A DNA stretch of 36,580 nt, from assembly GCA_024626585.2 (NCBI GenBank), contig JANKJI020000002.1, positions 144,277,209 to 144,313,788 of the forward strand. The letters are read 5' to 3'. Position numbers and translations under genes: made by a program. The first letter of the stretch is position 1. Each line of letters begins with the position of its first letter. The stretch is from Ginkgo biloba. Taxonomy: Eukaryota; Plantae; Ginkgophyta. The notes beneath the pieces are model-generated. The model saw only the letters and a program-made list of their open reading frames with translations. It searched no databases and had not been told where the DNA came from. Below are positions 12,994 through 24,500 of this stretch, in pieces.

Positions 12994-13042
12994 CAGTAAA
13001 CAGAGTTTGTTTGGGTCGAATTTTTCGAACTTCTTCTAGAGC
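12994..13042 (-). CDS. Exon of PhnP-like MBL-fold metallo-hydrolase (putative hydrolase C777.06c family): ALEEVRKIRPKQTLFT(G)
   Basis: cttgtttcttttcag|GCT...ACTG|gtaaca; 49 nt, phase 0 to 1. The peptide matches the family C-terminal region that precedes the MxHxxDH motif. Confidence 0.92.
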
Positions 13043-13153
13043 CTGAAAAGAAACAAGTAGTGACTGGCTCATTAAGATCTGAAATGGACATTCTAAATTT
13101 CTAACTGTTAACTTCAATGAACTCCACTATAAACAGAGCAAATAACAGCTCAC

Positions 13154-13204
13154 CCTAGGCAGACCAAAATGTGTTGTGCTTGAATGATCGGGCCTCAATG
13201 CATC
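13154..13204 (-). CDS. Exon of the same hydrolase: DALRPDHSSTTHFGLPR
   Basis: tctcag|GAT...AGG|gtgag; 51 nt, phase 0 to 0. DALR...THF is characteristic of PhnP-like proteins. A 111-nt intron leads to the next exon in frame. Confidence 0.93.
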
Positions 13205-13649
13205 CTGAGAAGTACAGAATTCCATTAACTCTTGATAACTCAATATTAAGAATTAACAAATTTTCAAGTTCAGTTCTTAAACCATGAAAAGAAGTGACTT
13301 CCAGACAAGGCAAGTTCATCACGGAATGATCAATATGGATTGAACTGCATAAAAAGGATGTCAAGGCACCAGAATTAGGAGTTCACAATTCTTGAGTAGG
13401 CTATATGTCTCNNNNNNNNNNNNNNNNNNNNNNNNNNNNNNNNNNNNNNNNNNNNNNNNNNNNNNNNNNNNNNNNNNNNNNNNNNNNNNNNNNNNNNNNN
13501 NNNNNNNNNNNTTGTTATTCGGGTTTGCAGTGAACCCAAAACCACAAAAAATAGGTGAAAAAGTAATGAAATTGAAAAACTTTGACTTTTTGATTACATA
13601 ATGTCTGATTTGATTTTGTGACTAATATGGTTGTTAGTAGGATTTAGGT

Positions 13650-14170
13650 GACATGAGAAAATAGTCAAAATATGGCAAAAGTCACATACAATGAGAGATT
13701 GTGACAATGGTGTCGAATGACGTGGGGGCCTTCATAATGACATAGTAGCCTTANNNNNNNNNNNNNNNNNNACGTGGCATAATATTGATGACAACACAAC
13801 ATTGTTGTTCCTGATAGATGATGTAGTAGAATTAATATGACATGGCACATGACGTAGCCTTAATATATCATGGCTGTAGTAGAAAGGGTGATGGCAGCTA
13901 GCATTTATTGTAGGTTGATGTCAGCTATAAAAATTGCAATTAATGAGTGGATCAACAACACGTTTATTGCTGCATTTAATGCTTAAGCGGAGCTATATTT
14001 ATTGTTGAGTAATCCACAATTAATGACTAAACAAGAATGCATTTATTGTTGCATTTAGTGCCTGATTGAAGTCGCATCTAATGTTGAGAATAATGTGCAT
14101 TGATTAGAGAAAAACATTAAATGCTATTCGACAGTCACATTCATTAAAACAGATAATGACATCAACAATT
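13650..14170. repeat. TE-like (probably LTR-derived) segment with degenerate internal repeats
   Basis: Recurrent ATGAC(A/G)TGGC-like motifs and (C/T)ATTTATTGTTGCATTTA-like motifs; no coding similarity recognised. Confidence 0.35.
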
Positions 14171-15618
14171 ATGGTTAAAGTGAAGAAAATAATCATAAGA
14201 AGGTGTCTAGGTGCATTTTTTTTCCTTATATATTCTATTGGAAGTAAAAATGTATTATAGAGGATTTGAGAGCAGATTGACAGGGTATCTACCCTCTAGC
14301 AGGATTCACCATCTCTTTATCCGATCTAAAGAGAGTGTAGTAAAACAGAAATACATAGCAGTCAGACCTGAAATTGCCAATACATAAATGAGAAAAGAGC
14401 AAAGAGACATTTGGTTCTAGGCTGAAAACTTGAAAGTCCTCCATCAATCCCTGATTAATCAGAGAGAGTTGTTGATTATTATTGAAACACTTAAAGAAGA
14501 ATGGTTTCTTCGTTATCATGAAATGACCCCAAAAGCTATACCAACCCTGTGAAAGCAACATCTTATAAACAAGACACAATCTTGCACAAATGTTCTGCCT
14601 AACTTTTCACAATATCTGATGGAACTGCTGCATAAATAAGCTAGCTATCATCATTCTGTAATGAAGAATAACAACAATGACTGGAAAATAGACTTTGCCG
14701 TGAAGACTTCAAACCCCTTCAAATATTTTATGTAAGTTTATTCTCTCCAATGCAAGGATCTTTAATAGGCAACACACACCAACTAAAAGTGGACACTTCA
14801 AGCATGCAAGTATATAAAGACATTGCCCAAACAAGATTACCAATCTCAAAGGCATTCTCCCTTGGTGGAAGGTGATGAACGAATTATAGAGAAATTGACG
14901 TGAAAGAGACTAAAGAATGAACCTGTATATTATCATTAACATGCATTCTAAGAGGCAGTGGAAATGAAAAATGAATCATATCTTTTGAATCTAACATCAA
15001 AAAAGTGATACAAACATAAATATCAAATCCATGTCATCAACAATATATACAATATCTATACAAAATAAGATGATAATCCTGTTGATAAAAATATCTCATG
15101 CACCAGAGGTTTGTCGGTAACTAATAGTTTGAGGGAAAGAAAGAGGGTATCAATAATTCATAGAATAGAAATGAAACACATAAATAACAATGATGGGCAG
15201 AAGTGGAGCAGAAAAAAAGCAAAACTTTTACAGATCAACAAGGAGCTACTCTCTTGCACACAGTTTGTAAGATGATTCTCTCCATTAAGCTCGAGTCGGG
15301 ACACTCAAGTGTAGTGACAGAATCTGCTGTTTCCCAAGTGCATTATGAGTGAATCTATGAGAGAACAGTTGAAGTTGTGAATTACACACAGGCATTCAAT
15401 CTGGTATTACATGAGTGGCTTACCACTTTAAGAGTTATGGGACACATAAAACACAAAAGACAAAGATGTGCGTACACTGCTAAAAATCAATTAGCATAAC
15501 TCTTTGAGCTATGAAACCATAAAACCACCTTGCTTAGACCATCCATTTAACATCTTTGAGATTTTCCGCACCTATGTTTCCAAACATGGTTTTGAAGCCA
15601 TTGCATGCGGCTTCTTAC

Positions 15619-15738
15619 CTTTAGTCCATGGACATGGAAGGCTTCTTCAGTTATAACATTAAATTGCAATTTTGAAACAGCAGTCCCAGCCATGATGACA
15701 CTTGTGTCTACCAAATAATAGTGAGTCTTCTCCATAAC
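15619..15738 (-). CDS. Exon of the same hydrolase: VMEKTHYYLVDTSVIMAGTAVSKLQFNVITEEAFHVHGLK
   Basis: gacag|GTT ATG...AAG|gtaag; 120 nt, phase 0 to 0, no stops. Matches the family segment KTHYYLVDTSVI..GAAVSELQF. Confidence 0.93.
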
Positions 15739-16314
15739 CTGTCATAAAGTATCACTGAAAGGTCATGATACATCATAGGAACTTATATTTTATAATATAA
15801 CATTGTGGAAATTTCTAAAGCAGGTCTCAAGTTTCAGAAATGTCACAACAAACTAAATTGAGAAACAAACTGTTCATATATTGCAAGGAGAGTGGAAGAT
15901 GGATAAGCCATCCATGGGGAAGCAAGTGACATGATATGAAAAAAGAGAGCATAAAATAACTAAAAGAACTCAGAGCATGCACACTAAAAGTCAAAAAGTA
16001 TGGAGCGTAGAATTAGTCTACCACTCAAAGAATAATTGTATTATTCTCACACATGTGCATACCAATGAATGGTACACAGTACATATTTATACAAAAAGTA
16101 TGCACCTACATGAGTGACAAGTGTCCTAAATGTACAAAAGGGGAATTTGGTATGTGACCCTCAACATGTTAAGTCATTACGACCAGATACATAAAGTAAA
16201 CATTAATATTCTATGNNNNNNNNNNNNNNNNNNNNNNNNNNNNNNNNNNNNNNNNNNNNNNNNNNNNNNNNNNNNNNNNNNNNNNNNNNNNNNNNNNNNN
16301 NNNNNNNNNNNNNN

Positions 16315-17475
16315 NCAATCTTGCTCTTGGAATCAAATTCTCCTTGTGCAGTGATGTTTGTTGTATGTCTTACAGTTGTGCCATCCACAAAAGTCCATAA
16401 GTCGTTTAACATTAATAAATTTTTCATCTAGTGCTTCCATGTTCCATAGTTTTTGGCACCCACCAATTTCTCCGTGAGGGAACTTAAAATGTTGCCACTT
16501 GCCATTTTTATATAGATATTAACTCAAAGGAACAAAAGTACACTAGATAGGCATAAAAGCACACAAGAAAGGAGCCTAAATTGGCCCCAAAACATAAAAA
16601 ACAAGGCCTTTTTACTATATATTTTCCTTCGGGAGTACAAGGTGTAGAAACCCTAAAAAAGAACTAAATTTTTTAGAATTTTTTGAAATTTTTTTAGGGC
16701 CCAAAAGGCCTTTTTATAAATTTCTCTCTCCTAACCTTCAAATTGACCGCTAGTGGTCAGTAAACGATCACATGAAAAAAAGAAAACACAAAAATTTTGA
16801 CTTTGAATATTCAAAGAATATGCAAAATTTAATTCTTTTTTGCAAGCTTAGGCATTTTTTTAAGAAATATTGTCCATTGTGAACAATTCGACGACAGACT
16901 GTAGCGATCGAATGTACCATGATTTTTCAATGTCGTCTTCCGATTTATTTTTTTTCACGGCTCAACTGGATCAATCGATCAAATCTAACTCAGTTGCCGA
17001 AGATCCTTGCATATGGTGATCAAGTTTGTCATCTCTCCTCTTCTCCTACGTGTGTTTTATCACCGCACACAAACTTCTCCCTGCCCAGTGACAGTTCTAC
17101 TTGTCGTTCTTGTTTTTTTTTTCTCTTTTATTTTAATCTTCTCTTTCATAGTGCCTCTTGTGTCATTCCCTGCGTCTTGCGTACAACACACACCTCCCAC
17201 ACGTCCTCAATATCCTACGTGCCCGTTCTTCCTTCTGCGCACATTGTAGCGCGTCCATGCGATCTGCTTCTTAGAGTGACACTATTCTAAAATTTTCTTT
17301 CAAAACTAAACTACTAACCCGCTGCTGGATTATATCAATGACCTCAATAGTGAGCATTTTCCTTAGATTGCTTGGATCCGAACCTAAGAGAGTTTTTTTT
17401 TTTTTCAATCGGAATCTCTTTTGCTTGATCAACACACTCCTTTCGAGAATTTGGCTCTGATACCAAATGTGAAAA
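16315..17475 (-). mobile_element. Ty1/copia LTR retrotransposon 5' end (LTR end, PBS, ~950-nt leader, gag start) inside the host intron
   Basis: LTR end ...TTTCACA followed by a perfect PBS. Gag from ATG 16505: MASGNILSSLTEKLVGAKNYGTWKH*MKNLLMLNDLWTFVDGT (copia KL.G.NY..W...M...L....LW..V.G motif). Both sides run into gaps. Confidence 0.88.
17453..17465 (-). promoter_or_regulatory. Primer-binding site, tRNA-iMet
   Basis: TGGTATCAGAGCC on the minus strand, 2 nt after the LTR-terminal CA. Confidence 0.92.
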
Positions 17476-18258
17476 NNNNNNNNNNNNNNNNNNNNNNNNN
17501 NNNNNNNNNNNNNNNNNNNNNNNNNNNNNNNNNNNNNNNNNNNNNNNNNNNNNNNNNNNNNNNNNNNNNNNNNNNNNNNNNNNNNNNNNNNNNNNNNNNN
17601 NNNNNNNNNNNNNNNNNNNNNNNNNNNNNNNNNNNNNNNNNNNNNNNNNNNNNNNNNNNNNNNNNNNNNNNNNNNNNNNNNNNNNNNNNNNNNNNNNNNN
17701 NNNNNNNNNNNNNNNNNNNNNNNNNNNNNNNNNNNNNNNNNNNNNNNNNNNNNNNNNNNNNNNNNNNNNNNNNNNNNNNNNNNNNNNNNNNNNNNNNNNN
17801 NNNNNNNNNNNNNNNNNNNNNNNNNNNNNNNNNNNNNNNNNNNNNNNNNNNNNNNNNNNNNNNNNNNNNNNNNNNNNNNNNNNNNNNNNNNNNNNNNNNN
17901 NNNNNNNNNNNNNNNNNNNNNNNNNNNNNNNNNNNNNNNNNNNNNNNNNNNNNNNNNNNNNNNNNNNNNNNNNNNNNNNNNNNNNNNNNNNNNNNNNNNN
18001 NNNNNNNNNNNNNNNNNNNNNNNNNNNNNNNNNNNNNNNNNNNNNNNNNNNNNNNNNNNNNNNNNNNNNNNNNNNNNNNNNNNNNNNNNNNNNNNNNNNN
18101 NNNNNNNNNNNNNNNNNNNNNNNNNNNNNNNNNNNNNNNNNNNNNNNNNNNNNNNNNNNNNNNNNNNNNNNNNNNNNNNNNNNNNNNNNNNNNNNNNNNN
18201 NNNNNNNNNNNNNNNNNNNNNNNNNNNNNNNNNNNNNNNNNNNNNNNNNNNNNNNNNA

Positions 18259-18590
18259 ATCCATTAATTCACTGTTTATCTTTGTAGTCTTTGTTTGCTT
18301 GAAATGAATGAAGACTGGGATTGGCTGCAAACAAACACCGTGACTGGCTGTGAATGAACACAGTTGGGAACGGACACAATTTGCTTCGAACGAACACTGT
18401 GACTGGCTGTAAATGAACACTGACATTTGTAACTGTGAACAAACACTATTTCTATTTGTAAACGAACACTGCTATTCCGATGATCTCCCTTTATTTGCTG
18501 CTACTGTTTCATGGCTTCAGTCTGCCTGCTAACATCTTGCTAGTACAAGCTCTGAATGTCCTCGTTCATCAAAATTTTCAAAATTTGTCA
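18259..18590 (-). repeat. Start of a 3' LTR containing a degenerate ~23-25-bp repeat array
   Basis: Begins TGACAAA directly after a PPT. Repeats of GTGTTC(A/G)TT(C/T)ACAGCCAGTCAC-like units at ~18300-18470. Confidence 0.7.
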
Positions 18591-18608
18591 CCTCTCCCCT
18601 CCCCTCTT
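18591..18608 (-). promoter_or_regulatory. Polypurine tract
   Basis: AAGAGGGGAGGGGAGAGG immediately followed by TG on the minus strand. Confidence 0.8.
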
Positions 18609-18619
18609 GAAACGTTTCT

Positions 18620-20230
18620 TTACTCCCTCTCACCTTCAGGAACAAATGGCTTGAATTTGGGTATTGTAATTTTGTTTTTCCACATGATGCCTTCCAATAC
18701 TTCCACCTTCCTCTCCATGTATTGTAGCTCTTCACCTAAATTCATTACTTGCTCCTATGCATTGTCCATCTTTTTTATGACATCCAACATTTTGTTTGTG
18801 GCTTCTACGAATTTCACCTTGACACTGAAGAGCTCGTTACGTTCCCCATCGCATTTCAAAATTCATGTGCCTAGTTTAGGAATGATACCTTTCAAACTTC
18901 ATGGAATATCTTTCTGAAAACTGGTCATAAATTGTTGGTATGTATCATCTTCGAAAGGAGCATTGGACAACCATACATCATAAAAGTCTTTAATAAATTT
19001 AATCTTCATTTCAGTTGTGCATGCCTGATCTTGTGCTTCCATTATCAATTTTGAGATACCATAGCTGGGATCTTTGATCTTTCTGACTAAATCATGAACC
19101 AAATTTGGATGACATTGGCTGTGAATGTGGGTCTCCAAGCCTCATGGTTACATAGCTCGCAATCTTCTTTCCCCAAGCCTTCTTCAAACACCTTAATGCA
19201 ATCGCTCTAATCCAATTTATGTGCCTGTCTGGAACAAAGTCAACCTCTGTTTGCATGGAACAATGTCGAGTGATGTGTAAAAGAACTAATTATCTACCAG
19301 AACCTATACTCCTTTGTCTCTCGTGTCTTTCATAATGGTTGTCAGTTAGTTGGGTGGACTTGCCAAGGATGTAACTAGCACCTCTTCTACTATTGGTGCC
19401 TTTCCTTTCTTCCTTCCTCTTTCTTCTTCCAAAAAATCTTATAGGATTAGTTCTTGACTAGTGACCAATTCCTCCACATTTATTACTTCTTTTTCTTCTA
19501 CTGTTGCCCTCCCTTCATAACCTAGCAGCAACTAGCGTAACGCCTTATGTATTTGTTTTATCAACAAAAGTACATCCTCCCCCTTAATTATTCCTTTTGA
19601 GAATCATATAGACTAACCAATAATACATGGAAATTCGAAGGCATCATCAGCGATGGGCAATTGTACCTTAGGGCATTCATCCATAAGAAGTCCCAGAAAA
19701 ATAGTTGGAAAGAAGAAAGAAGCCATTCTAGGAGCTTCACAAATATTTTTCAATAANNNNNNNNNNNNNNAATGTCAACATTCTAAACCTTACATAAGCA
19801 CACCAATTATATCATTTTCCAGATTTCACCTCTCAGATTGTTGAGTGCAACTGTGTTGGCATATAGTTATATCTCTAGAGTTTGGATAACTTCACAACCA
19901 CCAACTTAGTGATCCTTCTTAATTCTAGATCCTGTAATCCTTCTATACTGATGCCTGAGGTAGAAGCATCAACAACGTCATTACAGTGTGGGTACTTTCA
20001 AACTATCACAGGATAGCCTGGTAACTTCATAGATAACTTCTTCCATAATTGATAATAGTTATGGATAGTCAACTATCATGCCAATTACTAAAGTGAGAAA
20101 CCTTGACTTCCAAAATATTGGCAATTGCAAAAAATACTCTCGTATCCCTACACTCTCTAGAGCTTGCTAGATGGGGTTATCAATTGAAAACGTAATAGTT
20201 GAGCATGTAACCTTGGCTCATAATTCTCTC
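18620..20230 (-). pseudogene. Decayed extra ORF (env-like position) of an LTR retrotransposon, ~540 codons
   Basis: Largely continuous frame with scattered stops and a few frameshifts: QALESVGIREYFLQLP...SIMEEVIYEVTRLSC...EEERGRKKGKAPIVEE...coiled-coil-like EQVMNLGEELQYMERKVEVLEGIM...EGERE*. The stop at 18620-18622 sits just before the PPT. The start is approximate. Confidence 0.65.
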
Positions 20231-21559
20231 AAATTTTAATCTTGAAGGTGGGTATCTTTGTCGTCCCTATTTTTTATTTTTTCTTGGGGGGATGCTTAGA
20301 TTTATTCCCCATATTCAAGATTATTCATTGATGATTAATTTGTCTTGCTTATAATCACAACTTCTCCTTGTCTGTTTGTAAGTATATTCTTCTTCATTTG
20401 CTCTCTACATGCATTGTCATGATTGTGGACTCACATGCAATCAACCCTCAAACAGATGTGAGGAAAACTATGTCGTCACTCAACATTTCAAATACTCCAA
20501 GAAGGCCTAGGAGATTTTGCTGAAGTTATCCATGATGGTGAACAAGTTCAAGTTGCTTGGAGTTGCACCAACACACAACTGGCAGAATTGACTCAAAAAT
20601 ATGAAGAGTACGTATTAAGGCTAAGTCCTTTGATGGTGGCTTATGCATCAAACTATGTTGTTTGGACAAAATGAAGCTTCAAAGCTATATGGAGTCAGAC
20701 CTGACCATTACGCAACAACCTGAGGGTGTCATGGTTGCTAAAAGAATGCAAGGATTAGATATCTTGCACAAATATAGAATAAATTAGGAATAGAAAATGA
20801 TAATTTTGATGTATTATGATTTCAATTAAAAAATGATATAAGAAAGGTAGGTGTTCTAAAATAAGATTCTAGTATCATTAACTTAATTTGCCTTGAAACT
20901 TTTGGGTGCAAGATAATATAAAATGTTTTAACTTTCAATCCACTAATTTCCAAATTCAAAATTTAATGGAAACTGTGGGTAAAACAAGCATAAATAAAAT
21001 AATGTACATCATGAAGAAAAAAATCTCCACTACTATGATGAATGTGGACACTCCCATGGTTGCAAATGTATTATCATAAACTTGNNNNNNNNNNNNNNNN
21101 NNNNNNNNNNNNNNNNNNNNNNNNNNNNNNNNNNNNNNNNNNNNNNNNNNNNNNNNNNNNNNNNNNNNNNNNNNNNNNNNNNNNATTCAATTGATTAGGA
21201 TGTTGTCACATCATAATGGTTGTCATGCTACTTAATGTCACAAATCCTACAATCATTTGCCTGCTAAATGACCTCGAAAACCCATGATCCGCTACTACAA
21301 TTTGTCCATCAGATGATACAATATGGATTGTAACCTTACAATTGGGTAATCTAGACTGAGATTGTATTGCAAAGAAACTCCTTGCAATCTATGATTGTAA
21401 TTCTTACTGTTGACATCACACCCTCACAAGTTGCAAACATGATCCACACTATTTAGATTGCATCGACAATCCACATTATTGAATTTGGTACTGAAAAGGT
21501 GACCATCATTGAATGGCATTTCCCATGATTCAACTCAAAAGCAAAGCTTGTTTTGTTTT

Positions 21560-24500
21560 TTCGAGTAGTGATGACTTCTAATGGTTGCCATTGACCAATT
21601 TTGGCATAATTTCACCATTCAAATATTATAACAGATGATGCCATTATCAAATAATTTATCCATCTTATCAATTTTTCGACATAAGTCTGGAACTTGCTGT
21701 CATAAAGAATGAATAGATTACTTTCTTTAAATAATGAATTGTGTAAAAGATGATCATACAAGGCCTTCTACCAACATTTGTCACATTATTGCATCAAACC
21801 TACTAGGTGACAAGTCTCATCCAATTGTAAAAGCTGTAGGAGTCGGTATTTTCTAGAAGCTTCATCCCCTAGACGAATTCAATTACAATATGAAGGCTAG
21901 GCACAACTTCCATTGGACCACAACTTCGATTCCATAAACTATCTAAAAAGGGGTTTCTCCAAGTGCTCGCTTAGGTGTAGTGCGAAAGGCCCATCACATC
22001 AAATAAATATTTTCAACTAAATCTGCACACTCGATAACATAGAACTTGTGCGACACCTTCTCCAATATCTTATTAGAACTCTCATCTTGACCGTCACACC
22101 ATAGAGAATATATTGTCGACTTACTATGAGTTATCATAAATTGGTTAGTCAAATGTTGCACCACATCATTCAAGAATCCACCATCATGATCACTAGTGAA
22201 CTGAATTGGATATTCGAAACAAGTGATGATGACTTCATACAAAAATGTGGCTATTTCACATCTATTAGATGGAATCATTGAACAAACACCACACCACTTG
22301 GTTAAATAATCTGTAGCAACCAAAATATACCAAGCCTACATACGACAAGATAGCAGTTTCGTTGGTCTAAAAAATTCCAGTCCCCAATGCTCAAATGGTG
22401 CTTGGGCTATGATTGGCTATAATGGGAAGTAAGCATCCTTTGTAAGTTGCCCGACATGTTTAAAAACATCACAACGCTTCACCCAATCAGTTGTATCTCG
22501 AAATAAGGTAGGTCACAACAATCCCACATTCAAAATGTTGCAACAGAGTGGCATTTGTTGAATAATGCCACCCATCAATTTGTCATGAGCTTGCTATAAA
22601 ATCTGATACATCTCATGTTTCATTACACAATGTCGCAAAATTTGATTAACTCCCAAATGATATAGCTTTCTAGCAATCAATTAGTATGGGGTTGCATGAC
22701 AAGTTAAATTCTAAAGCTCAATGCGACCTAATCTTGGTGGCATTATACCTATTGCAAGCCATCAACAATACCATCATACCAATCTAGAACAACTTTAATA
22801 CGAAAAAGTTTGCCATCTAGAAAATCGTCTTGAATACTAGTTGCAAGCTCACCATTATCGATGTGAGATAACTAGTCTACAACCGCATGTGCTTTCCTTG
22901 ATTGAACCACAATTTTAAATACAAATTTTTGAAACAAGAGGAGTCATCAGCTTACACATCCTTGTAATAATGGTTTGTTCAAAAAATATAAAAGACTTGA
23001 CAGCCAATAAGAAAAAGTGAAAGGATCGATCAACAAATAATGCCTGGATTTTTGTAGGGTGTAAACCATGCCCAAGCCTTCTCATTCAGTAATAGTTGAG
23101 GTCCTTTTTGTCGAGGTAAGCTTCTGGCTAGCAAAATAAACTGGATAATCAACTTGATTATCAATAAGTTGTGCCAACACACAACTAAGATCAAGGAGTG
23201 GAGCATCCATACAGACATGGAACGGTTTCCCCCAATCTACAAATTGTAAGATAAGAGCAATTACTAGCTTCATTTAAGAGTTTCAAATGCCAATTGATGT
23301 TCTCCAGACCATACCCATATAATTCCTTTTTCAATAGTGCCTCCAAAGGTTGTGAAATAGCTGTAGACCCCTNNNNNNNNNNNNNNNNNNNNNNNNNNNN
23401 NNNNNNNNNNNNNNNNNNNNNNNNNNNNNNNNNNNNNNNNNNNNNNNNNNNNNNNNNNNNNNNNNNNNNNNNNNNNNNNNNNNNNNNNNNNNNNNNNNNN
23501 NNNNNNNNNNNNNNNNNNNNNNNNNNNNNNNNNNNNNNNNNNNNNNNNNNNNNNNNNNNNNNNNNNNNNNNNNNNNNNNNNNNNNNNNNNNNNNNNNNNN
23601 NNNNNNNNNNNNNNNNNNNNNNNNNNNNNNNNNNNNNNNNNNNNNNNNNNNNNNNNNNNNNNNNNNNNNNNNNNNNNNNNNNNNNNNNNNNNNNNNNNNN
23701 NNNNNNNNNNNNNNNNNNNNNNNNNNNNNNNNNNNNNNNNNNNNNNNNNNNNNNNNNNNNNNNNNNNNNNNNNNNNNNNNNNNNNNNNNNNNNNNNNNNN
23801 NNNNNNNNNNNNNNNNNNNNNNNNNNNNNNNNNNNNNNNNNNNNNNNNNNNNNNNNNNNNNNNNNNNNNNNNNNNNNNNNNNNNNNNNNNNNNNNNNNNN
23901 NNNNNNNNNNNNNNNNNNNNNNNNNNNNNNNNNNNNNNNNNNNNNNNNNNNNNNNNNNNNNNNNNNNNNNNNNNNNNNNNNNNNNNNNNNNNNNNNNNNN
24001 NNNNNNNNNNNNNNNNNNNNNNNNNNNNNNNNNNNNNNNNNNNNNNNNNNNNNNNNNNNNNNNNNNNNNNNNNNNNNNNNNNNNNNNNNNNNNNNTCTTT
24101 GTAATTCCATGCAAATGCATCTTGATAGTCTTCAAAGATCACACAAGCCTTTGTTACTATCTCAAGATCCCAATAATCACCCATAGTGATATTATGAGGA
24201 TGTTACTCAGTCCTCAAACTAAACATCTAAATCTTCAAGGGTGGGGCTATTATAGTTTACCATCTCTCGCCAATTCTTGAGATATATTGAATCAATAGTA
24301 TGCTCATCGTAGATAGCTTCAATATAAGCAGATGGGAACTTGCCAACATTGGTGATAGAAACATGATTGGTTGTTGAAGTCTAAGGCTTAGGATGAGTAT
24401 TGTTGTTTATTTCCAAAATGGCTTTTAGAGCACAAGTTGTAACAATTCAAAACTAGCTCATGAGGTGCTTGTTATTAGTCCACTGATGCTAAACATATAA

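Noticed and set aside
14841-14922. 82-nt AG...GT segment as the missing TPLPVWHG exon
   Set aside because: It has stops in all three frames and no family similarity; at most a cryptic exon.
15547-15735. 62-aa stand-alone ORF
   Set aside because: It is an internal exon read through its donor site at 15619 into the intron, not a small gene.
16919-17290. 123-aa and 80-aa plus-strand ORFs
   Set aside because: They are antisense to the copia 5' leader, low in complexity and have no recognisable domain.
18480-18917. 145-aa hydrophobic plus-strand ORF
   Set aside because: It is the antisense shadow of the purine-rich minus-strand extra ORF and PPT.
1339-24280. Long ORFs in the ORF track (e.g. 1339-1905, 3913-4575, 11015-11806, 17344-18426, 23191-24280)
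   Set aside because: They are open only because N runs contain no stop codons.
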